This document shows positions 18,541-28,745 of a DNA stretch of 59,954 nt, one piece after another. The stretch comes from a virus (Duplodnaviria; Caudoviricetes): positions 1-59,954 of IMG/VR virus record IMGVR_UViG_3300020724_000008. One strand, 5' to 3'. Under the pieces are notes generated by a model. That model had not been told where the DNA came from, did not search any database, and saw only the letters and a list, made by a program, of their open reading frames with translations. Every line of letters starts with the position of its first letter. Position 1 is the first letter of the stretch. The position numbers were made by a program, and so were the translations under genes.

Positions 18541-20208
18541 ATGACAATATCAACCACCATCAGCAAGGTAGTTTTGCCCGGCACTGGCGCGCAAACGTCA
18601 TTCGCCTATCCATTTCTTATTCCGGTTTTGGGCGACGAACTGGTAATTTACACCGACGGAAATGGCCTAAGCACCACACTGCCAGAAAGCCAATATACGA
18701 TCACCGGTATCGGTTCTCCAACTGGCGGAACAGTCACCTATACAATTTCAGGCGCGGCTATCGCCATCGGAACTTCGCTGACTATCGCTCGAAATGTGCC
18801 ATACGTTCAAAATTACAGTTTCAATAATCAAGGATATTTTTTGCCGTCTGTGATTGAATCGGCTCTTGATTATGTAACAATGGCCATTCAACAAGTTGAA
18901 AATTCAATCGGTTATGGTTTTACGGCGCCGCTTACGGATAGCAATCCACCCTTACCATTACCTTCGGCAACAGCTAGAGCCAATCAATACGCAGCATTTG
19001 ATAGCAGCGGTAATATGATTGCCGGTTTGCCAGTCACTAGCGGCGCGATTGTATCTTCAGCCATGCAGCCCGTTGTCAACGCCGCAACAACAGCGGCGGC
19101 TGTGGCACTTTTAGGCATAAATGTCAGCAGCGGCGGCTATGGTATTCAAACTTCTAAAGCTGTTGCAGCCACTGTAGATTTTGGCTCAGTGGTTACGCAT
19201 AATATTTTGCTGACCGGAAGCGGAACAATCACTTCATTCGGATCCTCAGCTTCAACTTCGTACCCAGATTATCAATTCACGGTTAGCGCCACAACCACTT
19301 TTACAAATTCGGCCAGTTTGCTCTGTCCGGGAAGTGTAAATCTCATTGGGCTTGTGGGCGACGTTGGCATCGCGGCCTATCAAGGATCAGGAATTTGGAA
19401 GATAATCAGCTATCTCCCAGCTTCCGGCGCGTCGCCCGTACCACCTGTAACAACACCATCCACAGGAATGCCCAGCGCTTCCGGTCTGGTGATTAAAAAT
19501 AGTTCTGGTTCGAATACGATTGTCGCAATCACAGCGAACTATGTACAAATACCAAATGCTTCATACACAAACATAATTCGCGCCAATGTCTCAACCACCG
19601 CCAGCACTGCGTTTGTCGGCGCGGGTGGATTAGATGCTGGTGTGGTGGCCGCAAGCACATGGTATCATGTGTGGTTGATTGATAATGGCAGCACAACTTC
19701 AGCCGTTTTAAGTTTGTCTGCCGCAGCTCCAACGCTGCCGTCAGGATACACTTACTATATGCGTGTCGGTGCGGTTTATGCTAATCCGTCCAAACTTCTC
19801 ATGCAAACTTTGCAACAGGGAAATCGCGCACAATATGTTATTGCGGCCAGTACAACAACAATCGCGTATCCAAGAATGATTACAGGTGCAAGCGGTAATA
19901 TTAGCGCAGCAAATGGTTTGACCGCCATCCCAATTGCAGCGTTTGCACCTCCAACGGCGGCACGCATCAACTTGCAAATTTGCGATACTGGTGCCGGTAG
20001 TGGTGCAAGTACACTGGCCGCGCCAAGTAATAATTTTGGACCTATCAGTTCAACCACCAATTTACCACCTTTCACATGGTATGGTTCTTATTATATGTCT
20101 CAATCTGTTGATTGGGTTTTGGAAAGTTCAAATGTGTATTACGCCTCAAATGGCATTTACGCTTATATGTCGGCTATGGGCTGGACGGATTCGGTAAACG
20201 CATCCTAA
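18541..20208 (+). CDS. Tail fibre/spike with T7 gp17-like N-terminal adaptor
   Basis: SFAYPF...YTITG...LTIARNVPYVQ...IESALDYVTMAIQQ. Confidence 0.8.
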   Translation: MTISTTISKVVLPGTGAQTSFAYPFLIPVLGDELVIYTDGNGLSTTLPESQYTITGIGSPTGGTVTYTISGAAIAIGTSLTIARNVPYVQNYSFNNQGYFLPSVIESALDYVTMAIQQVENSIGYGFTAPLTDSNPPLPLPSATARANQYAAFDSSGNMIAGLPVTSGAIVSSAMQPVVNAATTAAAVALLGINVSSGGYGIQTSKAVAATVDFGSVVTHNILLTGSGTITSFGSSASTSYPDYQFTVSATTTFTNSASLLCPGSVNLIGLVGDVGIAAYQGSGIWKIISYLPASGASPVPPVTTPSTGMPSASGLVIKNSSGSNTIVAITANYVQIPNASYTNIIRANVSTTASTAFVGAGGLDAGVVAASTWYHVWLIDNGSTTSAVLSLSAAAPTLPSGYTYYMRVGAVYANPSKLLMQTLQQGNRAQYVIAASTTTIAYPRMITGASGNISAANGLTAIPIAAFAPPTAARINLQICDTGAGSGASTLAAPSNNFGPISSTTNLPPFTWYGSYYMSQSVDWVLESSNVYYASNGIYAYMSAMGWTDSVNAS

Positions 20209-20264
20209 GTGACAACACATCAACAATCTGTTATACACTTCAAAAAATTAGAAGGCAGGACAAA

Positions 20265-20732
20265 ATGCGGAATTTCACTCGTATCTCACTTGTACTCCTC
20301 GCACTGGCCGCTGTTACAGAAGTTAAAGCTCAAACTTCGCAGCAGATCATGCCCGGATATATTACAAACACCGGTTGCGCTGGTGGAACAGTCGGCCCCT
20401 GTTGGCTTCCTTTCTCTGCGACCGTTCCATTGCCAACAGGCAATGCTGGCGTGCCGTCAGCCGTAACAGGTACTGTAAGCGCTGCGACAATCACCAATAC
20501 TTCTGCAACCGTTGCGGCCGCAGCCACACGGCGTTTTCTGCTTATCGAAAATGAAAGTTCCACAGCAACTATAGCTTGTAGCTTTGGCGGCACCGCAGCA
20601 CTCAATACTGCCGGTAGTTTTACAATTTTGCCAAATACCAGCCGTAAATGGTCAGATTATCCCGTACCTTCGGAAGCGCTCAATTGTATTTCCGGCGTTG
20701 CATCCAGCCCTGCAACTGTGGAAACCTACTGA
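20265..20732 (+). CDS. Beta-rich protein with N-terminal signal peptide
   Basis: AGGA RBS; MRNFTRISLVLLALAAVTEVKA|Q; RRFLLIENES.TATI..FG module. Confidence 0.65.
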   Translation: MRNFTRISLVLLALAAVTEVKAQTSQQIMPGYITNTGCAGGTVGPCWLPFSATVPLPTGNAGVPSAVTGTVSAATITNTSATVAAAATRRFLLIENESSTATIACSFGGTAALNTAGSFTILPNTSRKWSDYPVPSEALNCISGVASSPATVETY

Positions 20733-20733
20733 T

Positions 20734-21543
20734 ATGGCCGTTCAGAACCTAAAAAATTCTTTTTTAAACACGATGCGTTGGGAAGGCCGAAATAGCCTAT
20801 CCGTCAACAAACATGATCCGGGAAACTGGACAGGCGGCGCGGTTGGAAAAGGTTATCTTTACGGTTCAAAGTTTGGCGTTTCGGCTCCCGTTTTGATTAA
20901 GATGTACCCGAATGTTGCGATGGCCGATGTCACAGAAGATATGGCAGCGGCCATTTTCAAATCTGGGTATTGGGATGAGGTTAAGGCTGACGCCATGCAC
21001 GAAGGTGTTGATCATTGCGTTTCAGATGATGCCTATAATGCTGGTGTTGGTGCGGCTTTGAAAAGATGGACACGCGGAGGGTTTTTATTTTCTGGCGATC
21101 CGATCACCACTATTCATAAATATTCCGACATGCGCCTATCCTTTTTGGAGAGTCTGACAACTTGGAAAATCTTCAGTCGCGGCTGGGCGGCGCGCGTTGC
21201 TGGAGTTGAAGTCGAAGCGATTAAAATGGCACAGGCGGCAATTAAAGCAAACCCGATTACTTTGGCCGATACAACTGCGGATTCTTCTGTTCATTTGCTT
21301 AATAAAGCTGGCCAACTTGCTCAGGATTCACATAAATCCTCTCTTGCCGCTGCCGCATTCAGTGGCGGTTCAGTCACTATTTTGACGGCATCTGTATCCA
21401 ATCCTGCGCTGCATGTGCATCCTGTAGGTGCTGCTTTGCTGGCAACCGTGGCTGTTCATACAATTGTTAAAACTGTATGGAATGCTCATACATCTCATGT
21501 GCGCGCAAAAACGATGTTAAAATCTGCAATCTCTCAAACTTAG
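20734..21543 (+). CDS. Endolysin, glycoside hydrolase family 108, with hydrophobic C-terminal tail
   Basis: WEG...DPGNWT...GSKFGVS, GYWD, D.AYNAG, FSRGWAARV. Confidence 0.8.
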   Translation: MAVQNLKNSFLNTMRWEGRNSLSVNKHDPGNWTGGAVGKGYLYGSKFGVSAPVLIKMYPNVAMADVTEDMAAAIFKSGYWDEVKADAMHEGVDHCVSDDAYNAGVGAALKRWTRGGFLFSGDPITTIHKYSDMRLSFLESLTTWKIFSRGWAARVAGVEVEAIKMAQAAIKANPITLADTTADSSVHLLNKAGQLAQDSHKSSLAAAAFSGGSVTILTASVSNPALHVHPVGAALLATVAVHTIVKTVWNAHTSHVRAKTMLKSAISQT

Positions 21544-21552
21544 GAGTTTATC

Positions 21553-21786
21553 ATGAACGGAACGATCCCTACAGGCGTCATCCTTGGCGTTTTGTCTTTT
21601 GCCGGCCTCGCGGCCAATGAAATGCACCTGCCTGTTTTGGGCGCATTTTTCGCAGATCCCCACACTGCCGCAACAGCTTCAACAATCTTGTCCGGTTTGC
21701 TGGCTCTGATTGCAGGTGCATCTCAGGGTTATAAAGCTGATAAATCGGCTGCACCTGCAACTATTGATCCCACTCCAAAAGCATGA
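21553..21786 (+). CDS. Putative holin (2 TM)
   Basis: AGGAG RBS; two hydrophobic segments; directly after endolysin. Confidence 0.5.
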   Translation: MNGTIPTGVILGVLSFAGLAANEMHLPVLGAFFADPHTAATASTILSGLLALIAGASQGYKADKSAAPATIDPTPKA

Positions 21787-21793
21787 GGTTGTT

Positions 21794-22186
21794 ATGAAGA
21801 AATTTGCAATTCTCTCCACGTTTGTTATTTTTGGCGGGTTAGCCGGTTGTGCATCATTGACCGCCAAACTGACCGCATTTGATAATTCGGTCAACAAATA
21901 TGCGCCTGTGATCGGCAAAGACCTCATCACGGTTGCGGATATTCTGGTGACAGCCGAGTGTTCACCTGCGACAAAAACCGCTTCGTCGGTCGCCACCAAC
22001 ATTTTGAAGATCACCGCACCAAACAGCAAAGCTGCGACAAACGTGGAAAATGCGTTGGCCACCAATGTGCAGGTTGCGGATCAGCTTTGCCCGCTGGTGT
22101 CGGCAATCAAGGCCAGTGTTGGTACAGTTCCTGCCGGTATTCCTTCGCAAGTCGTTGCAGTTTCTGCGACCACTCCCGCTTCTTAA
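21794..22186 (+). CDS. Lipoprotein in lysis cassette
   Basis: GAGG RBS; MKKFAILSTFVIFGGLAG|C lipobox. Confidence 0.7.
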   Translation: MKKFAILSTFVIFGGLAGCASLTAKLTAFDNSVNKYAPVIGKDLITVADILVTAECSPATKTASSVATNILKITAPNSKAATNVENALATNVQVADQLCPLVSAIKASVGTVPAGIPSQVVAVSATTPAS

Positions 22187-22200
22187 TTTAAGGTGCAATC

Positions 22201-22425
22201 ATGCTTTCCACCATCAAAGCCGTATTCCAAGGCATCGCCAATTATTTTGGGTATCTGAATAACAAACAGATGCTCGATGCGGGCGCGGCTTCGGTGGTGG
22301 CGACCTCATTGCAGGAACAAGCCAATGACCTTAAAATTGCCGATGCTGCTCGCCAAGTTGTGCGTGCTGATGTTGCCCATAACCCTAACAGCTTGCCAAA
22401 CGACGAGTTCCGGCGAGCCGACTAA
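22201..22425 (+). CDS. Putative i-spanin (Rz-like)
   Basis: N-terminal amphipathic segment plus coiled region; overlaps downstream lipoprotein gene. Confidence 0.5.
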   Translation: MLSTIKAVFQGIANYFGYLNNKQMLDAGAASVVATSLQEQANDLKIADAARQVVRADVAHNPNSLPNDEFRRAD

Positions 22426-22561
22426 GGTCACATTTTGCGCCGCCGCGCAGCCTATCTACTGGTCAGCGCGCGATACTTCTGCTACTGTGGCTCAAGTGCA
22501 TGAGCACGATGCTGTCGGTAAAGCCCTTTGCGGCTGGGGGCAGACACTTCCTTCCAAATAA
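22343..22561 (+). CDS. Putative o-spanin (Rz1-like lipoprotein)
   Basis: LTA|C lipobox; FCAAAQPIYWS.RDT...H...G.ALCGW; overlap with upstream gene. Confidence 0.7.
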   Translation: MLLAKLCVLMLPITLTACQTTSSGEPTKVTFCAAAQPIYWSARDTSATVAQVHEHDAVGKALCGWGQTLPSK

Positions 22562-22576
22562 TTTTCAGGTGGCATC

Positions 22577-22876
22577 ATGGAGCCTTTCTCAGACACGGTG
22601 ACAATTGACAGAAGCGACTTGAAAAATCTCATCAAGGAAGCACTCCGCGATGCACTTCCTGATGCGCTCCGAAAAGAATTTGAATTAGTTGGTATAGATG
22701 CTACCGATTCTGAAAAACGCTCTCAAATCCGAAAAGATATGGAACTCATGCGTAAATTTCGCTTGGCTTATGATGGCGCGGCCATGAAAATCGGCCACGG
22801 ATTACTGTGGTTTTTCTTTATCGGATTTGCAACTTTTGCCTTAACAGGCTTTAAAGTTAAACTTCCTTGGCAATGA
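22577..22876 (+). CDS. Membrane protein with C-terminal TM helix (lysis-associated?)
   Basis: AGGTGG RBS; [18 protein letters not shown]. Confidence 0.6.
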   Translation: MEPFSDTVTIDRSDLKNLIKEALRDALPDALRKEFELVGIDATDSEKRSQIRKDMELMRKFRLAYDGAAMKIGHGLLWFFFIGFATFALTGFKVKLPWQ

Positions 22877-22881
22877 GAGAT

Positions 22882-25800
22882 ATGAAGATGTTTAAAAACC
22901 TTGCACTCACCCTCGCATTGTTGTTGGTTTGCACACAAGCTGAAGCCCAATCGACAAAAGCTGCCCTTTCCAGTCAGGTCAATACCGTTATCACGTCGAA
23001 TGGTGCGGGCGCGATCACCGGCGCGAAACTCAATACGATTTTGAATGCTGGTATTTATAGCTATGGTACCTTGCTTGATAGCAATACATGGTCTGCCGCG
23101 CAAATATTTTCAGCTCCTATTGCATCTGCAACAAATGCAGGTGCAATTTCATATGGCACTTTGCCATATTCCGACACCGGCATATTCTCATCATTCAGCA
23201 CGAATCTGAATGGTTATGTCCAGCAGGTCGTGTCTAACACCAGTTCCGGCACTGCCGCAAGTGCTGATTATATCGTCAGCAACGATCAAGGTTCCGCAAC
23301 CGCGTACTTTGGCGATTTCGGCATCAACAGCTCCGGCTATAGTGGAACGGGCAGTCTTGGATTGCCTAGCGGTGTATTTTTGACAGCCACGACAGGAGAT
23401 TTAATTCTCGGCACAACCACCGTAAATGCCATTCATTTTATCATCAACAATGGCACAACGGATGCCATGACTATTGCTTCAAATGGAGCAGTTAGCGCGC
23501 CTTCACTTACGGCGACCAGTTCATTCACCGCAACCGGCCTTGTCGGTTTACCGAGTTTGCAAGCAGAAGCGGCAAATACTGTAGTCGGAAATGCGACTGC
23601 AAGTTCCGCATCACCTACAGCATTGGCTGTACCTTCCTGTTCGGGTGCGACTAGCGCTCTAACGTGGACTTCGGCCAGCGGTTTTGGGTGTAATACAGTT
23701 TCAAATTTGGCTGTGGGTGGATCAACAGGCCAAGTTCAATTTAACAATGCAGGTGCTTTAGGCGGATTTACCGTTAATGGCGATGGCACTCTCAACGCTT
23801 CGACTGGCGCTCTAACAGTGACGAAAACTGGCGGCACTGCATTTACAGCATTGGCCACGACCACGCCCGGCACTGGTGTTGTTACCGCGCTCGGAAATGC
23901 TGTAAATGGTTCTGGTGCAATTTCATTGACAACTGCGCCAGCATTTTCAAACCCTACAATTTCAAATTATGAATTGTTTACCCCTTTGGCGTCGCAACCA
24001 ACATGGGCAAATGGTTTGATCTGGTATGATCAAACCGAGGATCAATTTGACTTTTTGAATGGCACATCCACTCAGCAAAATGATGTGCATATTGGTTCTG
24101 AACTTCAAGTGCGTGTTTATAACGCCACAGCTTCAACGATTCCCGCCGACTCAGCAGTTTACGTTACCGGTCAGCATTCTCATTACCCAACCGTAGGTTT
24201 GGCTCAGGCCAATTCTCCTACAACCGCTAATGCAATAGGTTTAACTCATACGGCTATTGCTAGCGGTACATACGGATTTGTAATTGTCGCAGGTAAATTA
24301 ACAGGTGTAAACACTTCCGGTATTACGGATGGTGCGTATGTTTATCTGTCAGACACAACAGCCGGTGCAATTACAGCAACACCACCTGTGGCTCCCAGTC
24401 AGCAAGTCGTTCTCGGATACAGCACTTATGCTAATCCATCTCAGGGTGTTATTGAACTGATTGCACCACTGCCTCCAGCCTCTGAATTAAATGTGGCAAC
24501 AGGATCAATTACGGCTTCAAATCCAATTTTGAATGCGACACAAACTTGGAATGCCGTAGGTACAACTTTCACCGGAATCAAAGAAAATATAACTGACACA
24601 GCATCCGCAAGCGGTTCTTTATTGGCCGATTTGCAAGTTGGCGGTGTCAGCAAATTTAGCGTTACTAAAGCAGGTTCAGTAACATTAGGTACGCCACTCA
24701 GCATATCAAATGGCGGTACTGGTATTACATCGTTTGGCACTGGCGTACAGACTGCACTTGGAACTGCGGTGAATGGTTCCGGTGCAATTGCACTTACGAC
24801 CAGCCCAGTTTTTGTCACTCCGAATCTTGGTACACCTTCAGCGGCGGTTTTAACAAGTGCGACTGGACTTCCGTTAAGTACAGGCGTTACAGGCACTTTG
24901 CCTGTAGGTAATGGCGGTACTGGTGCAACAACGTTTACAGCCAATGCGCCGTTGATCGGTAACGGGTCAGGTGCGATTGCACAAGGTACACGTTCCGGCA
25001 GCACGACCGTATTTGGAACCGCAAGCGGTACGCTGACAAACGGCCATTGCGTCAGCATTGACGCCAGTGGAAATTTTGTCGATGCTGGTGGCGCTTGTAC
25101 GACAGGCGGTGGCGGCGGTACAGTATCCAGCGGCACAGCCGGTCAAGCGGCTGTTTATGCGTCAACAGGTACGACCGTCAACGGTGTGACAATTGGCGGT
25201 GATGCAACTTTAAACACCGGCACCGGTGCTTTGACAGTTACGAAAACCAGCGGCACTGCATTTTCAACTTTGGCTACTACAACGCCCGGCACCGGTGTTG
25301 CGACCGCTTTAGCTGTGAATACGGGATCTGCGGGTTCATTCGTGGTAAACGGCGGTGCGCTTGGAACCCCGTCATCCGGCACACTCACCAGCGCAACCGG
25401 ATTGCCAATCAGCACAGGTGTTAGCGGTCTAGGCACTGGTGTTGCAACTGCACTCGGTACGGCGGTAAACGGTTCTGGTGCGCTCGCATTGACCACCAGC
25501 CCAGTTTTTGTCACTCCAAATCTCGGTACGCCTTCGGCAGCGGTTTTGACCAGCGCCACCGGATTGCCATTGACCACAGGTGTCACAGGTACTTTGGCGG
25601 TGGGTAATGGTGGTACTGGCCTGACCGCAGGAACGTCCGGCGGTATTCCGTACTTCTCCAGCACTTCCGCAATGACATCCTCAGCCTTGCTTACGCAATA
25701 TGGAATTATGTATGGTGGTGGTGCTGGTGCGGCTCCAGTCGCAACCGCTGCCGGTACGACAGGCCAAGTGCTCGTGGCCACCACAAGTGCGGCTCCCGCA

Positions 25801-26604
25801 TTTGGTAACGTCCCTGTAAACGGTACAACCCTTTCAACCGGCTCCACCGGCGCAAGTTTGAACTTGGCCAATGCAAATACATGGACGGCTGCTCAATCGT
25901 TCAACTCAACTGATCTCGTGCTTAAAGGCTCGACATCTGGAACGACCACACTAAACGCATCAGCAACTGCCGGCACGACCACAATCACGCTCCCAGCCGT
26001 AACAGACACAGTAGCTGTTCTCGGAACCCCTGATCAGTTGCTGTCCGGTGGGGCAAACTTAACGTCCTATTCTCTTGGAACTGTGAGCAGCGGCACATCA
26101 ACTGTCGATTGCGGCAAAAACCCAAGCCAATATCTGATAAATGGCGGTGCATTCACTCTTGCAGCGCCTGTATTAGATGGCACTTGTTTAGTTGAAATCA
26201 TTAACGGTTCCAGCGCGGGTGCTGTCACACTATCCGGTTTTTCGACATCTCCAAGCGGATCTGGCGATACATTTGCAACAACCAAAACAATTAGTGCGGC
26301 GGCGGTAACCGTATCTTCGGCCAACCCTGCGGTGGTGACGTACACAAATAGTTTTGTTGCTGGTCAACAAGTGTATTTCACCGCAGCAACAATGCCGACC
26401 GGTATGACAGCCAACCAAATTTATTATGTGCTCGCCACCGGTCTTTCCACAAGCAGTTTTCAAATTTCAGCAACTCCGGGCGGAACAGCTATCAACACAT
26501 CCAGCACTGGTACAACTGTTGTTTTGAACGAACCAAGTGTATTCATGCTTGATGTGTTCCGCGTCAATGGCCTTACAACCGGTCTTTGGAAACAAATGCA
26601 ATGA
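22882..26604 (+). CDS. Long tail-fibre-like protein with N-terminal signal peptide
   Basis: T/G/A/S-rich; repeated NGGTG and [16 protein letters not shown] modules; [22 protein letters not shown]|Q. Confidence 0.75.
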   Translation: MKMFKNLALTLALLLVCTQAEAQSTKAALSSQVNTVITSNGAGAITGAKLNTILNAGIYSYGTLLDSNTWSAAQIFSAPIASATNAGAISYGTLPYSDTGIFSSFSTNLNGYVQQVVSNTSSGTAASADYIVSNDQGSATAYFGDFGINSSGYSGTGSLGLPSGVFLTATTGDLILGTTTVNAIHFIINNGTTDAMTIASNGAVSAPSLTATSSFTATGLVGLPSLQAEAANTVVGNATASSASPTALAVPSCSGATSALTWTSASGFGCNTVSNLAVGGSTGQVQFNNAGALGGFTVNGDGTLNASTGALTVTKTGGTAFTALATTTPGTGVVTALGNAVNGSGAISLTTAPAFSNPTISNYELFTPLASQPTWANGLIWYDQTEDQFDFLNGTSTQQNDVHIGSELQVRVYNATASTIPADSAVYVTGQHSHYPTVGLAQANSPTTANAIGLTHTAIASGTYGFVIVAGKLTGVNTSGITDGAYVYLSDTTAGAITATPPVAPSQQVVLGYSTYANPSQGVIELIAPLPPASELNVATGSITASNPILNATQTWNAVGTTFTGIKENITDTASASGSLLADLQVGGVSKFSVTKAGSVTLGTPLSISNGGTGITSFGTGVQTALGTAVNGSGAIALTTSPVFVTPNLGTPSAAVLTSATGLPLSTGVTGTLPVGNGGTGATTFTANAPLIGNGSGAIAQGTRSGSTTVFGTASGTLTNGHCVSIDASGNFVDAGGACTTGGGGGTVSSGTAGQAAVYASTGTTVNGVTIGGDATLNTGTGALTVTKTSGTAFSTLATTTPGTGVATALAVNTGSAGSFVVNGGALGTPSSGTLTSATGLPISTGVSGLGTGVATALGTAVNGSGALALTTSPVFVTPNLGTPSAAVLTSATGLPLTTGVTGTLAVGNGGTGLTAGTSGGIPYFSSTSAMTSSALLTQYGIMYGGGAGAAPVATAAGTTGQVLVATTSAAPAFGNVPVNGTTLSTGSTGASLNLANANTWTAAQSFNSTDLVLKGSTSGTTTLNASATAGTTTITLPAVTDTVAVLGTPDQLLSGGANLTSYSLGTVSSGTSTVDCGKNPSQYLINGGAFTLAAPVLDGTCLVEIINGSSAGAVTLSGFSTSPSGSGDTFATTKTISAAAVTVSSANPAVVTYTNSFVAGQQVYFTAATMPTGMTANQIYYVLATGLSTSSFQISATPGGTAINTSSTGTTVVLNEPSVFMLDVFRVNGLTTGLWKQMQ

Positions 26605-27614
26605 TTAAAAACACCGCACGCCTTATTTTATTTGGTTTTGCTTTTGGCCTGATGTCGTCATCAGCTTTTGCCTGCACAACACCTTTTGTCTCTATATCTG
26701 GAGGTGCATGTCAGGCTTATCTAACCACTGGTACATCTTTTACAGTTCCAAGCGCTTGGAATAGTGCCAACAATACCATTGAAGTTATCGGTGGCGGCGG
26801 CGGCGGCGCTTCTGGCTACACTTACTCTGGCGGTGGTGGTGGTGGCGGTGCGTATTCTAAAATTAGTAATCTGGCGCTCACAGGTGGCAATAGCATCAAT
26901 ATTATTATAGGTGCCGGAGGTGCAGGCGGTAACGGTGGTTTCGGCGGTAGCGGTGGATTTACGGCATTTAACGGCACAACTCTTTCCGGAGCGTCTGTCT
27001 CCGCCGCCGGGGGTTCAGGAGGTGCTGGTAACAGCAGCGCTACTTCTGGCGGGGCGGGCGGCTCAACAACCGGAGTGGGAACAACAAAATATGCCGGCGG
27101 CACAGGTGGCGGTAGTGCTTCTGACTATGCCGGCAGCGGCGGTGGCGGTGCTGCCGGCCCTTTTGGAGCCGGTGCAGCAGGCGGTACAAATGCCAGCAGC
27201 GCCCAACCCGGAACTGGCGGGGGTGGTGGCGGTGGTGGCACTGCGGGCGGTCACGGAAGTGCTACAGTCAATAATGGCGGTAATAACCATAGCGGCAGCG
27301 GCGGCGGCACTTCTGGAGGTGCTGCGGGCACGAATGGTGGCGGCGGTGCCGGCGGTACTCCTTCATTTACAAAAGGCGGCAATGGCGGTAACGGAACTGA
27401 ATGGTCAGCTTCTTACGGTTCAGGTGGTGGCGGGGGCGGTGATGCCTACTATTACAATGGCAACGCGGCTGGTGGTTTATATGGCGGCGGCGGTGGTGGT
27501 GGAGGTTATGACGCATCTGGTAGTCCCGCCGGCAGCGGTGCCCAAGGTCTCATCGTTATTACTTATACACCTTCAGCATCTTATTTTCTCCCAATACCTT
27601 ACATCATCCCATAG
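26601..27614 (+). CDS. Glycine-rich fibre-like protein with signal peptide
   Basis: [10 protein letters not shown]...GGGGAYSK...[10 protein letters not shown]; [24 protein letters not shown]|C. Confidence 0.75.
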   Translation: MIKNTARLILFGFAFGLMSSSAFACTTPFVSISGGACQAYLTTGTSFTVPSAWNSANNTIEVIGGGGGGASGYTYSGGGGGGGAYSKISNLALTGGNSINIIIGAGGAGGNGGFGGSGGFTAFNGTTLSGASVSAAGGSGGAGNSSATSGGAGGSTTGVGTTKYAGGTGGGSASDYAGSGGGGAAGPFGAGAAGGTNASSAQPGTGGGGGGGGTAGGHGSATVNNGGNNHSGSGGGTSGGAAGTNGGGGAGGTPSFTKGGNGGNGTEWSASYGSGGGGGGDAYYYNGNAAGGLYGGGGGGGGYDASGSPAGSGAQGLIVITYTPSASYFLPIPYIIP

Positions 27615-27623
27615 GAGATTCAA

Positions 27624-27995
27624 ATGATAGTCGCACTTACAACTATCGACCCTGCAAAAATTGTCACTACATATTCAGAAATACCAAACCCATTGATTTT
27701 GCCGAACGGTGAACAAGTATTTGGTATTTCTGAAGCGAATTGGACATCGCAGAATAACGTATATTCCTTAGTTCCTGTTACACCATTTGTCACGCCAAAT
27801 GGCCAACAGAACGTAGGAACACCGACTTATTCTTTTGATGCGGCAAATAATGTCATTGAAACTTACGCAACGCAAACAATACCTGCACCCATAATTCCAA
27901 CGGAAGTGCCAACATTGGCACAGCTTCAAGCACAGATGGCGGTAATTCAAGCTCAAATTGCCGCGCTTGTGGCTGCAAACTCACCACCCGCATAA
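27624..27995 (+). CDS. Putative tail fibre chaperone
   Basis: AGGAG RBS; C-terminal PTLAQLQAQMAVIQAQIAAL coiled coil; follows fibre genes. Confidence 0.55.
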   Translation: MIVALTTIDPAKIVTTYSEIPNPLILPNGEQVFGISEANWTSQNNVYSLVPVTPFVTPNGQQNVGTPTYSFDAANNVIETYATQTIPAPIIPTEVPTLAQLQAQMAVIQAQIAALVAANSPPA

Positions 27996-28030
27996 GACAA
28001 CTTGTCAAAATGGAAAGTCCCTGTTAAGGT
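27996..28030 (+). promoter_or_regulatory. Sigma70-type promoter overlapped by GACA-N3-TGTC palindrome
   Basis: TTGTCA (28002)-N17-TAAGGT (28025); GACAACTTGTC at 27996-28006. Confidence 0.55.
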
Positions 28031-28036
28031 GGCCGC

Positions 28037-28258
28037 ATGTTTAGAACCATCGACTATCTCAAAGACGTAGGTCTTACCAAACCATCCCATATCTCTGATC
28101 TTTTCAAAGTGTATGGGATTAACCCACCAAGCCTAATGGCCATTGATAAATGGTTACGACGTGGGAACATTCCGGGCGAATGGTTTCCAGTTCTTATGGC
28201 CTTGATCGAGGCTGAAATTCCGAAACGGCCAGCCTTGATGGATTATTTAGCACCATGA
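28037..28258 (+). CDS. Cro-like HTH regulator
   Basis: 73 aa; PSLMAIDKWLRRGNIPGEW resembles the Cro/YdaS recognition helix. Confidence 0.6.
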   Translation: MFRTIDYLKDVGLTKPSHISDLFKVYGINPPSLMAIDKWLRRGNIPGEWFPVLMALIEAEIPKRPALMDYLAP

Positions 28259-28689
28259 TAAAAGTTGTACTTTCTGGCGCTCCTATGGGAAAACAACGTG
28301 TAAAATTCAGCCGTCAATCCGGCAGAGCTTACACGCCGGAAAGAACTGTGACTTTTGAAAGCCAATTTGCTTGGGCGGCTCAGGAAGCAATGGCTGGTAA
28401 ATCTCTTATGGAGGGGCCGCTGTTTCTTGAAGTGATTGCCTATTTGCCAATTCCCGAAAGCAAGCCTCTTAAATGGAAAGTCGCCGCGCGGCGCGGTGAA
28501 ATTCGGCCAACCAAAAAACCAGATTTTGATAACATATTGAAAATAGTCAGTGATTCCATGAATCTTGTGGTTTGGCTTGATGACGCTCAGATCGTTGACA
28601 GCTCATTCAAAAAATTCTTTAGCGACAAACCTCGCACCATTGCAATTATCGGTTCTGCACCTATTTCAATTCCAGAAGATTTTGATTGA
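28255..28689 (+). CDS. rusA: RusA-family Holliday junction resolvase
   Basis: YTPERT, KKPDFDNILKIVSDSMN..W.DDAQIV. Confidence 0.88.
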   Translation: MIKVVLSGAPMGKQRVKFSRQSGRAYTPERTVTFESQFAWAAQEAMAGKSLMEGPLFLEVIAYLPIPESKPLKWKVAARRGEIRPTKKPDFDNILKIVSDSMNLVVWLDDAQIVDSSFKKFFSDKPRTIAIIGSAPISIPEDFD

Positions 28690-28745
28690 CAACTTGTCTA
28701 AACTTCGTCAAAACCAATTTATAGAAACAGTGAACACCGGCCCAG

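Noticed and set aside
24441-25871. Long minus-strand ORFs (231 and 238 aa)
   Set aside because: Antisense shadows of the T/G/A-rich fibre gene
18541-27995. BPP-1-type diversity-generating retroelement
   Set aside because: No reverse transcriptase and no TR/VR pair with adenine-specific mismatches; fibre repeats differ at synonymous sites
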